A stretch of 62,267 bases of DNA, the filler included. It is 6 parts of 6 records of this genome, joined end to end, with 100 filler letters (N's around TTAATTAATTAA, not from the genome) between each part and the next. Parts side by side here need not be neighbours in the genome. Positions count along the whole stretch, not along the records: positions 43,703 to 55,903 come from SRR22947725_4708; positions 56,004 to 62,267 come from SRR22947725_4720; 4 more parts are not named here. One strand, 5' to 3'. Made by a program: the position numbers and the translations under genes. Below, one piece after another: positions 48,804-59,600 of the stretch. Position 1 is the stretch's first letter. Each line of letters starts with the position of its first letter. Under the pieces are notes generated by a model, which was not told the DNA's origin, did no database searches, and saw nothing but the letters and a program-made list of their open reading frames with translations.

Positions 48804-51800
48804 TTACTGCGGCATTCTAAACGTTATGTCTGCCTTGATCATGCGGCCAAAGGCATTGTGCGTGAACGGATCATAATTGAGATCACCCCGTGCTGCAGGT
48901 GGATCTTCATCCGTTAGGTTCAACGCTGACAAACCAATGGTTAGATTATCGATCCCATTGAATAGATAATGCGCGTCGAGTGTAACTTGAGAGTCAACCG
49001 TTGCAAGCCACGGGTAGGTTGCCGTTGCACCCGTATCATCATAATCGCCAATATACCGTGCGGCTAAGCTTGCGTAATGACTTTGCGTCTCAAAACTCAC
49101 AGTCGCATTAAGCTTTAACTCTGGCTTAGACGTGAACGATGGTCCGGCATTGTAATTCAACTTACCCACCAGATCGCCACCCGTTGCCAATACAATCGCA
49201 CCAGAGATATCCAGCTGATCGGCGCGCTCATATTCAAGAACGTAAGTCCCTTCAAGCGCCAAGCCAAGCGTACCCGGCAGCAAGTCTTCAATGCTGTATC
49301 GGATCGCAACATCAATACCCGAGGTCGTGATCTCCTCACCATTTATGATGTTCACCGCAACGCGCTCAGTGGCACCCAAATTGGTATGTGCGGCAACTGG
49401 GAAGATGTGCGTTCGCAACTCGTTACAGGTCGCGCTATCGGTTGCTACGCCATCCGAGCCCGTACAACCATTACCGGCGTAGGCACCCAACAAAGAATTG
49501 AAGCCCTCTGTCTGGAATGAATCGTCAAAGGTGAACGACCACCAATCGACAGAGGCATACAAACCCTCATTCTGGTAAATGGCGCCAAAATTGGTCGACA
49601 CTGCAGATTCAGAGGTCAAAGTCGGGTTACCGACCGTATCGATCGCCTTAAACGCACTGGTATAACTGACATAGGACAATGCCGTACCGGTGCCTGCGAG
49701 GAAGCTCTGGGGTGGCCCACGGAAAGTTGTTGAAGCAGAGGCACGAAGCGATAGGGTATCGCTTAATTCCCAGCTAACCGCAACCTTCGGATCGAGCGTG
49801 CTGCCGACGAAACCGCCGTAGTCTTCATATCGCAGGGCCGCTTGAATATTGAGGTCATCGGTCAACGGAATCGCGAGTTCACCGAACACACCGTAAATCG
49901 TCCGCTCGGTTGTCTCTTCGTCAGATGCCGCCAAGAACGCGGCAACCCCAGTGGGAGAGCTACAATTTGGCGAGAGTTGTGCGGTTGAAACTAACCCTAA
50001 TGCGGCACTTGCTGGCAACGTATAAGGACAGGGGTTTAGTGCCCGGTCGGATAAGTCATTGAAGTCAGAATCATAGTACTCATTTCGAGACTGGGCACCA
50101 AAGGCATAACCGACGCTACCGCCGCCGACTTCCCAATTGGTTTCACCACTGAACACCGCCTGGAACACCAACAACTCGTTGGTTTGATTCCATTGTCGCT
50201 GTCCAATCAGCCACTTCAGCAAGGACTCAGAGTTTGCGACCTCGGCATTATAGTCTGGGTTACTGTTGCCATTCACAAATGATTGCGGCAAGGCTCTTGA
50301 GAACGGATTGTAGTACTCACAACCGTCCATGCCGGCGCCATCGAGCGCGTCAGCATCGGTAAACCCGTAAGTACCATCATCACCCATCGTTGTTGCTGGC
50401 AAATCGCAATTGGGGCCACCGAAGCCGCGCAGTGCCAAACCCATGCGCTCCACAAACATGTCTTGACCGCCAATATCGCGGTTTCGCTTAGACCAGGACA
50501 CACTCACATCATAACTGAGTTCATCGTTGAACAGCTCGCCATCAAGGCCAAGCACGAAGCGAGACGTTGCGGTAAACCGCCTGGCAGCTTCGGGCTCACC
50601 CGTGCCGAACGCGCCTAAGACCCCCATGGCTCGACTGACCGTAAAGGCCGTTGGGCTTCGACCGAGTGCTGCGGCCGCGTCAGCGCCGCCAACAATACTT
50701 GACACGCTCGCGCCTTCTGGCAAACCAGTGACATCCAGCGATGAAATTGCCTGAGCTTCGGTGATCGACGCCGCACCACCGGCCGCGGTTAAACCATAGA
50801 ATTCATTAAAATCAATGAAGCCAGGATGATTTGGCAGAATCACTCGATCTGGACCGTACAAAGACTGCGGGGGGTAAGAAGGCGACGTTTTCCATTCAGG
50901 CAGATCGACTTCAGAATACATCGCTTCGACGTGCAGCCTGTGATTGTCACTCAGGTCTAAATTGAATTCGGTAAAAACCTTAGTCTGTTCGGTCTCTTCA
51001 ATCAGATTATCGAACCAACCATAGTTGAACCCACATTGGCCGTTTCCGGTTCGCAATGAACCCAAGTTAGCACACTGTGGATCGTTGAAAACCTTCGTAA
51101 AAGAACCGCCGGCGGTCGTAAGATTCTGCTCCTGCGAGGTCCCATCGGCCAAGGTTACGTTAACGGGCACGGCTTGCCCCGCATTGACCCCTGCAAACCA
51201 AACATTGAGTCCTGGGTTACCAATTCCTGACCAACCTGCAATGGGGTTCACGTCAGTGTTCACAAGCGCCCAATCTCGGGCTTTAATCGGCAACTCGCCT
51301 CGACCACCATGCTCTGCTGCAATCATGAAATTCCAATTATCGCGCGCGATACCCCATAGGGCATCGACCGAGTAATCACCGTCAGAGCCTTGAATGTCCT
51401 GGAAGGAGCCCCCGATTTCAAATCCCTCGTAACCACTTCGAGTAATGAAGTTCACCACGCCACCGATGGCGTCTGAACCATAAACTGCCGCGGCACCATC
51501 TTTCAACATTTCGACTCGGCCAATAGCATTCATCGGAAAGGCGTTAATATCAACACCCGCGCTTTCGGTTGCCACGTGTCGTCGGCCATTCACAAGCACT
51601 AGAGTTCTTGCCGCGCCCAAACCTCGTAGGTTGACCGTTGCGACCCCTTCGTTGGCCTGGCCACCAGAGGTAAACTGGTTTGTCTCGCCCAAATTCGCCG
51701 CCGTCACACCTAAGTTTCGTACCATCTCGATAATGGACGGAGAGCCCATTTTTTCAAGATCAGCACTGGTGATGACGTCAATGGGAAGCTCGGCGTCTTC

Positions 51801-51938
51801 CGGTGATCCCTTGATATAGGACCCAGTAACCACTACCTCTTCAATTTGCTCTTCCGCCCACGTTGTTGGGACAAAAGCAACCGCAGTTGCCGTTGATACC
51901 ACCGCCATGAACAGCCTCTTGAGTGAGACTCTCGACAT
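48804..51938 (-). CDS. TonB-dependent receptor
   Basis: ATG 51938 after AAGGGG; EEQIEEVVVTGS, VNLRGLG..RTLVLVNGRR, GAAAVYGSDAIGGVVNFIT. Confidence 0.95.
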   Translation of the reverse strand: MSRVSLKRLFMAVVSTATAVAFVPTTWAEEQIEEVVVTGSYIKGSPEDAELPIDVITSADLEKMGSPSIIEMVRNLGVTAANLGETNQFTSGGQANEGVATVNLRGLGAARTLVLVNGRRHVATESAGVDINAFPMNAIGRVEMLKDGAAAVYGSDAIGGVVNFITRSGYEGFEIGGSFQDIQGSDGDYSVDALWGIARDNWNFMIAAEHGGRGELPIKARDWALVNTDVNPIAGWSGIGNPGLNVWFAGVNAGQAVPVNVTLADGTSQEQNLTTAGGSFTKVFNDPQCANLGSLRTGNGQCGFNYGWFDNLIEETEQTKVFTEFNLDLSDNHRLHVEAMYSEVDLPEWKTSPSYPPQSLYGPDRVILPNHPGFIDFNEFYGLTAAGGAASITEAQAISSLDVTGLPEGASVSSIVGGADAAAALGRSPTAFTVSRAMGVLGAFGTGEPEAARRFTATSRFVLGLDGELFNDELSYDVSVSWSKRNRDIGGQDMFVERMGLALRGFGGPNCDLPATTMGDDGTYGFTDADALDGAGMDGCEYYNPFSRALPQSFVNGNSNPDYNAEVANSESLLKWLIGQRQWNQTNELLVFQAVFSGETNWEVGGGSVGYAFGAQSRNEYYDSDFNDLSDRALNPCPYTLPASAALGLVSTAQLSPNCSSPTGVAAFLAASDEETTERTIYGVFGELAIPLTDDLNIQAALRYEDYGGFVGSTLDPKVAVSWELSDTLSLRASASTTFRGPPQSFLAGTGTALSYVSYTSAFKAIDTVGNPTLTSESAVSTNFGAIYQNEGLYASVDWWSFTFDDSFQTEGFNSLLGAYAGNGCTGSDGVATDSATCNELRTHIFPVAAHTNLGATERVAVNIINGEEITTSGIDVAIRYSIEDLLPGTLGLALEGTYVLEYERADQLDISGAIVLATGGDLVGKLNYNAGPSFTSKPELKLNATVSFETQSHYASLAARYIGDYDDTGATATYPWLATVDSQVTLDAHYLFNGIDNLTIGLSALNLTDEDPPAARGDLNYDPFTHNAFGRMIKADITFRMPQ

Positions 51939-52002
51939 CCTATTCCCCTTTTTTTTGTTGTTAGTCCTAAACATAGATTGGATCCTCATTCTTCGCAACC
52001 CC

Positions 52003-52136
52003 CAATAAGTCAACAAAGTGACCCGCCCGATTAGGATTAAGCCCCTCACCGCGGCTGGTTGCGTCCTGCGAACGGGCTATCGTTACATCATTGCGACCGG
52101 GCAACCGCACAATAACGGGCGGGATCACGCTTATTG
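52003..52136 (-). ncRNA. Candidate structured 5'-leader RNA (three-way junction)
   Basis: Nested inverted repeats enclosing two hairpins; see findings. Confidence 0.4.
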
Positions 52137-52261
52137 AAACTCGGAATAGGTACTGATTGTTTTTTTTCAGCCCAAAAACACCTGACGCATCCAGCACGGA
52201 AGCTAGATCAAACAGGCTTACTGGTCAGCTTTCAAGACGGCGGTTTTCAATAACACAATGC

Positions 52262-52293
52262 AAAAAAAAAGGCAGCCATTCGGCTGCCTTTTT
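52262..52293 (-). terminator. Terminator after the upstream TBDR
   Basis: AAAAAGGCAGCC-GAAT-GGCTGCC-T9 on the minus strand. Confidence 0.9.
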
Positions 52294-52338
52294 ATTTTCA
52301 CACGATCATCGGTTTCCCGATGCCATTAAAACCCGTTT

Positions 52339-55191
52339 TTAAAAACCATATTTAAAACCAAGCTTAATAATTCGACCAATCGAATTGTGCGTGTAGCCAT
52401 CGTACATCAGGTCGCCATACGCAATCGGCGGCTCTTCATCGCTCAAGTTCACACCGGACAACGTGACCGATAACGCATCATCCAGCAGGTTAGCCGTGAC
52501 ATGAAGGTCATAGGTTGTGTGTGAATCAATCACGCCACCATTAAACGCTTGAACACCCGCACGACGATCTTCGTAGTCCGAAATGTGGTTCACATACAAC
52601 AAAGCAGTCAATGAATCCGTAATATTCAACGCGCCATTAATGCGCAGTTTGAAGTCTTGGATCGGACGAATACCGTTGTCAAAGTTGTAGTAGCCAGCGG
52701 CTTCATAACCCGATGCAACCTGCAAGCCATTCTTCACATACGCGGCAACATCATAGGCCATCGTATAGGTGCCTTCGAAACCGACCATTGCGGGCATGCC
52801 GCCCAGATCAAACGAATAGTTGGCAAACAGATCAATACCGGACGTTTCCGTTCTGGGACCGTTAACAATATTGGCTTGAATCCGCTCAATACCCGATGCT
52901 GCACAAGAGCCATCCGTCAAACCACCTTGACAGGTAATTTGCGATGCAACCGCATCTTTCGATGTGCCGCCAGCGGCGTAGGCTGCAGCCAACTGACCAT
53001 AGGACTCAACGATAATTGGGTTTTCAAAATTGAAGGCCCAATAATCAACGCTTGCCTGCAGATTATCACCTGAATAAACCAATCCCAGGTTATAGGTGAA
53101 CGCACTTTCTGGCTCGATGTTGGGGTTACCAACCGTATCAATGGCTTTAAACGCAACCGTTTGTGAAACATAAGCCAAAGCCGTTGCTGAACCCGTTGAC
53201 GTATCGTTAACCGATGGGCCTCTGAACGTCGTCTGCACGGACGCACGCCAAGATAGCGCGTCGGTTAAGTTGTATTGAATCGACAGCTTGGGGTCAAAGG
53301 TTTCTTTTTCCGAGCCATAGTTCTCATACCGAGCACCCAACTGCACCGTTGCGTTATCGCCTAAGCTAATCGCCGCTTCACCGAATGCGCTGTAAACCGT
53401 CTGATCTAAATCATAAGGTGTTGATGCGGCAAGGAAGCTATGAAGACCGGTCTTATTAGTACAGTCTAAGTATCCTGGCACGCGGCAAGGATTCTTCAGA
53501 ACATTCCCCAAATCGCCTGGATCTTGCTCAGCTTGATTGTGTCGAACCTGGAATCCGTAGCCTAGATCGATATTGTCTACACTCTGCTGAAAAATAATCT
53601 CAGCCGTAATGAGGTTATTCTCACCCTTAGAGGACCACTCGTCGTCGATCCAGTCCTGTAACTCCTGAGAATTGGCATTCGTTGGATCGTAGTTTTCATT
53701 GGGGAACTGTCCCCAGTAACCTGACTGGATCGACGTTGACAGCGGGTTGTACCACATGCAACCGCCCTCGCCTGCAACCGCACCATTGGTCACGATGCTT
53801 TCATCATTCGCAAGGGTTGCACCACAGCTTGGGCCACCAAAGCCTTGAAACGCCATGATCGTATTCGCGATACTGGCATCACGACTGGTCACACTGCCTT
53901 CTGAATGTGAATAACTGACCGACGCCCGATAGGCCACATCATCATTGACCATGCCGTCTAAACTACCCGCCAAGCGGATCGTTTCGTACTCGCGAGGTGC
54001 TGTTCTTGGCCCGTTCGCTCCGGCGCCATTAACCCGGCCTCGAAGAATAAAGTAGTCCGGCGCTGCTGGCAGACCCGCGATAAAATCAGGATACGCGGCA
54101 ATAAAGTTTTCCCAGGCTGGGTGATCCGTCGTGAATTTTTGACTGGTGTCAAAAATTGCTTGTGGCGGGTAGGACGGTGACGTTGCCCAGTTTGGCACGT
54201 CTGTCTTGGAATACATCACTTCAGCATGCAGCGTTTGACCGCCTGCTAATTCACCGTTGATCTCAGAGAACAATTGATAATGCTCTTCATCTTCGACGAG
54301 GTTATCGAACTGGGTGTACTGAAAGTAGCAAACACCGCCGCGAACGATATTACCAACCGTCTCACAACCAGGATCCGCCAAAGCGCCAATGATCGTATCG
54401 ACGCCATAGCCATCCGCATCCGGATTGGTGTCAAGAAATGGGTAAAGTGTGCCGGGATTTCCGATTGAGGAATAACCTCCGTAGGGCCAAGCACTGCCGT
54501 CGGGCGAAGAAGACCAACCTCTTGAGCGCTGCGTCAACTGCGAGCGACTCGTATAACCCAATGATGTGACCCAATCGAAGTTACCGACCTCTGTACCAAA
54601 GATCGCGCTGATATTGGCATCTCCATCACTATCTTGGATCTCGCTGTAGCCACCCTGAAGTTCGAAGCCTTTGAAATTTTTACGAGTAATGAAGTTCACG
54701 ACACCGCCGATTGCGTCGGAGCCGTAAGTCGCGGCTGCGCCTTCCTTCAAAATCTCGACGCGCTCAATTGCCGCCATTGGCATACTGTTCAGGTCGACAA
54801 ACCGTCCTGCACCGAGCCGAATAGGTACTGCAACCTGCCGTTGGCCGTTGATGAGCACCAGTGTTCTACTCGCGCCCAAGCCGCGAAGATTGACGTTGGA
54901 CAACCCTTCGGTCGCGTTCGATTGAAACTGGTTGGAATCGCCATCAACACCTGAGCTGAAGCTCAGCTGTTTGGTGAAGTCAACGATTGAAGGCGTATTT
55001 TGAAGGTCCATTGAACTTCGGTCATAGACCGAGACGTTGGTCGCTGAATCGATCGGTGTTCCTTTAATGATCGAACCGGTAACAACTACTTCCTCAATTT
55101 GCTCTTCGGCAAAGCTGCTTAATGGGCTAGCGGCGACAAGCCCCAACGCCAAAAAAACCGCTTGTTTTTTAGTCGAATTAACGTGTTTCAT
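52339..55191 (-). CDS. TonB-dependent receptor (paralog of the neighbour)
   Basis: Signal peptide, EEQIEEVVVTGS, plug motifs, terminal YGF. Confidence 0.95.
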   Translation of the reverse strand: MKHVNSTKKQAVFLALGLVAASPLSSFAEEQIEEVVVTGSIIKGTPIDSATNVSVYDRSSMDLQNTPSIVDFTKQLSFSSGVDGDSNQFQSNATEGLSNVNLRGLGASRTLVLINGQRQVAVPIRLGAGRFVDLNSMPMAAIERVEILKEGAAATYGSDAIGGVVNFITRKNFKGFELQGGYSEIQDSDGDANISAIFGTEVGNFDWVTSLGYTSRSQLTQRSRGWSSSPDGSAWPYGGYSSIGNPGTLYPFLDTNPDADGYGVDTIIGALADPGCETVGNIVRGGVCYFQYTQFDNLVEDEEHYQLFSEINGELAGGQTLHAEVMYSKTDVPNWATSPSYPPQAIFDTSQKFTTDHPAWENFIAAYPDFIAGLPAAPDYFILRGRVNGAGANGPRTAPREYETIRLAGSLDGMVNDDVAYRASVSYSHSEGSVTSRDASIANTIMAFQGFGGPSCGATLANDESIVTNGAVAGEGGCMWYNPLSTSIQSGYWGQFPNENYDPTNANSQELQDWIDDEWSSKGENNLITAEIIFQQSVDNIDLGYGFQVRHNQAEQDPGDLGNVLKNPCRVPGYLDCTNKTGLHSFLAASTPYDLDQTVYSAFGEAAISLGDNATVQLGARYENYGSEKETFDPKLSIQYNLTDALSWRASVQTTFRGPSVNDTSTGSATALAYVSQTVAFKAIDTVGNPNIEPESAFTYNLGLVYSGDNLQASVDYWAFNFENPIIVESYGQLAAAYAAGGTSKDAVASQITCQGGLTDGSCAASGIERIQANIVNGPRTETSGIDLFANYSFDLGGMPAMVGFEGTYTMAYDVAAYVKNGLQVASGYEAAGYYNFDNGIRPIQDFKLRINGALNITDSLTALLYVNHISDYEDRRAGVQAFNGGVIDSHTTYDLHVTANLLDDALSVTLSGVNLSDEEPPIAYGDLMYDGYTHNSIGRIIKLGFKYGF

Positions 55192-55728
55192 TTATTCCCC
55201 TTTCAGTATTCCATTACCCCATTCGAGGTCTTTGTTGCATAAAAAGCGCGAGCTTCCCCGCTTGCGCCGGCGCACAGTAACACAAATCAAGTTAAGGTGG
55301 CGCGCTAAATACTTCAGATCGGTCAGATCTTTTGATCACTTGGGGGCAATTCCTTTTAGCTGGTTACAGTAAGGTTTTTCTGGGGATGCGGTGGCCCCAT
55401 TGGCTAGACGCGGAACAACCCGCGGACCGCGCTTTGGTTCAGAAACAACCGATTATTGACGCCATAAGGCAGCCCGCCGATTTGGCTCATTTTTCAATGT
55501 CCTTTGAGCAAGCGGCAACCCACCCACAGCGGCCTCATAGAAGATCATCTTTGCAAGCGACACCGACCATCGCGGGCGCTTGAAATGATATCGTTCTAGC
55601 AAAAGACCCGTCCTTGGTTTTGCTCGACACCATCGCGCCTGCTACGCCGCAAGCACCCATTCAGTGCGTTGCCTCAGCCAGCCAAGAAAAACAACCTTGC
55701 CGGTTATGACGTCACCCAGGCCGCACGC

Positions 55729-55903
55729 TCAAGACCCGCGCTGCCAATTCCTTTGAAGCTGCTCAATTTGCGGCGGTCGTGCGCCGCCTGGGTATCGCGC
55801 CTTGATGTCATCAAGCGCCTCAGGGCGTTTCCCTAAGGCGTCCATGAGCACGAGATAGGTGTAGAAGAAATCGGTCCGGGCTGGCGCGAGCGCACTGGCC
55901 TCG
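55729..55903 (-). CDS. C-terminal fragment of a probable TPR-containing protein
   Basis: EASALAPARTDFFYTYLVLMDALGKRPEALDDIKARYP..WQRGS*, open from the contig edge. Confidence 0.5.
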
Positions 55904-56003
55904 NNNNNNNNNNNNNNNNNNNNNNNNNNNNNNNNNNNNNNNNNNNNTTAATTAATTAANNNNNNNNNNNNNNNNNNNNNNNNNNNNNNNNNNNNNNNNN
56001 NNN
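55904..56003. other. Artificial contig spacer
   Basis: Same linker. Confidence 0.99.
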
Positions 56004-56032
56004 ACAAATATACCACAAATATACCACAAATA
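56004..56032. repeat. Tandem repeat (ACAAATATACC) x ~2.6
   Basis: Read directly at the contig edge. Confidence 0.75.
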
Positions 56033-56107
56033 TTTGACAAACACACGTTTGATGCCCCAGTTTCCGAGACGGCTTCCACGACGAAGAACTGGGACACTTT
56101 CACCAGT

Positions 56108-56485
56108 TTATGCCGTTAAAACGGCCAGACCACCCAGAAATACACCTACAATTCCCAAGCTGACGCCTTTAGGGGAGCCCGACTCTGCGGCCAGTGACGC
56201 GTCCGCTTCGCCAGAAACCGCGTCGGCCGATTGACCGGCACCCTCAACGGCCGGTTTCACGTCGCAGACGTTGCCCACACACCTGCCGGTGTCGGGACAG
56301 ACGTCTTCACACTTGACGTCAGTTCCCGGCGGGGCAGCTTTGACTTCATAGCACAAGCCGTAGAGGCAAGCTTCCGGTGCCGTACAGTCAGCGTCCTCCT
56401 GGCAGATGCTTTGACCTTGGACGACGGCGAGGACAGCCACCAGGCAGATCCAGAACGCCCAACCGACGATGAAAGCGCGCGCCAT
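56108..56485 (-). CDS. Small secreted Cys-rich protein with C-terminal hydrophobic (GPI-like) tail
   Basis: Signal peptide; two 4-Cys modules; hydrophobic tail ending at the stop. Confidence 0.7.
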   Translation of the reverse strand: MARAFIVGWAFWICLVAVLAVVQGQSICQEDADCTAPEACLYGLCYEVKAAPPGTDVKCEDVCPDTGRCVGNVCDVKPAVEGAGQSADAVSGEADASLAAESGSPKGVSLGIVGVFLGGLAVLTA

Positions 56486-56653
56486 GGATCGTAAATGGCC
56501 ACGCGGATTTTTTCTTTTTTCTATTGTCTACCGGGCCATGGGGTCCTCCGAGGACGACGAGGCTCGTCGTACGGGAAAAGGAAAATCCATTTCCCAACTT
56601 TGTTTCACCTCCCGGGAGCGCCTCCGGGCCGTGCTCGAGTTTGCATCATCATA

Positions 56654-59600
56654 ATGCATGCGAATCTCGAACGCGCGCTGGGACCAGTGTACGAGGCGAT
56701 CGACAACCGGGAGTTTAAGAAATGCTCGAAGTTGGTCGAAGCCGTGCTCAGGAGGTACCCCCGCTCCCATCTGGTGCGTTCGCTCAAGGCATATGTCGCG
56801 GCACAGCTCGGGAAGTCGGAGATCGCGGCGCAGATCCTGCGCGAGGTCAACGCCGAGGGCGCAGAGGATGACCGGGTGCTGCACACCATGTCGTTTGTGT
56901 ATGCGGCGATTGGCGACAGTGGCGGGATGCTAGACGCGTACATGTCGGCGGTGGAGAAGCGACCGAACAATGCTGGGATCCGGGTCGGCCTGTTCGGGCA
57001 GCATGTGCGTCGCTTGTCGTACATCTCTCAGCAGCAGGAGGCGCTCAAGCTGGCAAAGTTGGATACTGCCAACTCAGACAGATACGTGTGGTGGAGCATC
57101 TGCTCGCTGATGATGCAGTTTATATCGAGCAATGGGTGTGGCTGGCGTGGCAAGAGGGGGGACGGCTGCGAGGCCGCCAGTGCTGGGGATGGAAGCTCGT
57201 CCGTGGGTACGAAGCTCGTCCAGCTGGCATATTCGATGGCGGAGCGGCAAGAGAAGCTCTCGGGTACGCTGTCGTACGAGAAATTTTTTCTGATGACCGA
57301 GTTGCTTTGTGGATTGGGGCGGCACGATGAGGCTGCGGAGCGGGGCGTTCGGTTCGACACACTGTGCACGGATTCGATTCCGTCTTCGGAAAAGGCTGCG
57401 TTTGTTGGGTCGCTGCATGTGCGGGCTGGGGCTTTTGAGGCGGCAAGCGGGGTGTATTTAGATAGTGTGCGGGCGGATCCCCATGATTGGGTCGCGTGGC
57501 ACATGTACCTGGCGACGATGTTGCCGGAATTGGTCGAGGACCCGGCAGCGTTGCCGCTAGGGGGGAGGATTGATGGCGGAATTGTGGAGGCGTGGGACAT
57601 GCTTCATTTGAAAGAGATATGGGCTGGGGCCTGTGCGGCCGGTGGCTTGGACGGGGATCTCGCAACGCGGTTGGAACATGTGGCCCGGGTGTTGGATGGG
57701 CTGGGCGAGCAGCTCCCGAAGGATCAGAGGACGACGCGTGCACTTGCCCTGGCTGGATTAGAAGTAGCTAAGTACGAGTTTTTGTGTGCTCGACTTGGGC
57801 ACGGCGGAGGGCAGGAGGGGCTGTGCGAGGCTGTACTGTGCGCTGTGCCTCGTTTGGCAGTGTATTCGAGCTTTGGGGCAGATCTGAGGGGTTACTTGGC
57901 GTATCTGGACGCCACACAAAAGCATCGAGTGGCCATCGAGGGGCGAGAGGCATGCCTAAAGGCGGCTTCCGAGCTCCGGAATGGCGCGGATTGCTCGCCG
58001 GTGTCCGAGAGCAAGGCCTTTGTCTGTGTCATCAATGGGTTCATGTTGCAGGTTGAGGTGGGTGCCACACTTGCCACTGCGTCAGAGCTGATCGAGACCT
58101 ACTTTGATAACGTGCACCTCGTCAAGGACTATGACCCCAAGGACCGTGGGCTTGGTGAAGAACTCTTGGTGATTGCCGTCAGTTCCCTGCTTGAGGAATC
58201 CCTGGGAGCGGGACGTGTGGTGGGGCGGGATTGCAATCGAGGCGATAATACGGGAAGGATATCGATCGTGTCGGCTCTGTTGCTCGGCCTTGTGTTCATC
58301 GACGCGGCACAGCAGGCTCGCCGTGTGTCGGCGCCCCTGAGACTCGCGGCATCAGCCATCTACGGATTGCTTGGGGCAGAATCTCTCGCTGCCGCCGAGT
58401 TTGAGGCATTGGATATTAAAGGGGTTCTACACGATAGTTTGACGGGCCATTGGATGATCCCCATGATAGCTGCAGCCTGCCCGAGCGAGGAGTCGTACCA
58501 AAAGTGGTTCAAAGGGATCGACAAGCTGCACACGGTGCAGGCTCAGGAGGCACGAGATGCCCTGTTCACGGTATATGAGGAGGGTACATACTCGAAAGTC
58601 CCGGAGTTTGTGGACTTTATCAATTGTCTGGACAAATCGAGCACCCTCTATGTGTACAGGAGTGAGGCAGCAATGGCCGCCTGCAGAAAAGCATGCCTTT
58701 CCGGTGGGACAATTGAGCCCGTGGATATGAAAGACATTCCACAGGTGCATGGAATCATTCACAACGACGACCTGACCCTGCGCCCGGCATGGTACCCCCC
58801 GAGCCTCGATGGGCCATTGTTCGAGGTGCATGGGTGGTGGGAGCAGTTGTACGCCGGTGACACGCTTGCATCGACACCCGGAGGATTGAGTGACGCGTGG
58901 TGGTTGCGTCAGTACGCTCCGACCGTCCCACCATCGGGACAGCGGGCCAATTGGGAGGGTAAACTCAACCAGCAGCTGGCCCTCCGTCTGAGGTTCCCCG
59001 GTATTCTGGCAGCGGTCTGCTCCGGAAGGCGAGCAGACCCCCCGGAAAAGATCGCGGCAGATTCTGTATCTTGGTGGACCCGCTCTGCTCTTGAGGCAGC
59101 CGGGATTGCGTCTCCTACCTTGACTAATGACCCCAGCCAGCTCGCGCTGCAGCTGGCTGAGGCCATGTTGCCAGGGACGGACACCTCGGACATCGCCTCA
59201 GTATCCCTTCTGCGGGCTCTGACCGTACTCGTAGGATATCAAGTGGTGTTTGGAAGCGATAACAAGGGGCAGGTTCCGGACGAACTCGAGCGACTGGCCA
59301 AGGGCGTCACCGGCGTGGGTACCCGATGCGCTGAAGCGCTTCGGAGGAAACCCTTCGCGGGCGTGCCATTTCTCGCGCGAATTGCCTCCGAAGAGTTTCT
59401 ATGGGTGTCGCACATGATATATGTGTACGCCAATGCCGATGGAGATGGCATCGCGCCTAAGGCGTCGTTGGCTGCGGTGGCCATGGCAGTTTCCGACTCG
59501 GCCGACTCGCTGAGCGCTGCACTCGGATGTCTCGACCCGCTCGCCGAAAGCATAGAGACCTTCAAGTCCTCATACCACCCTCTGTCCGACTGCATGCGCC

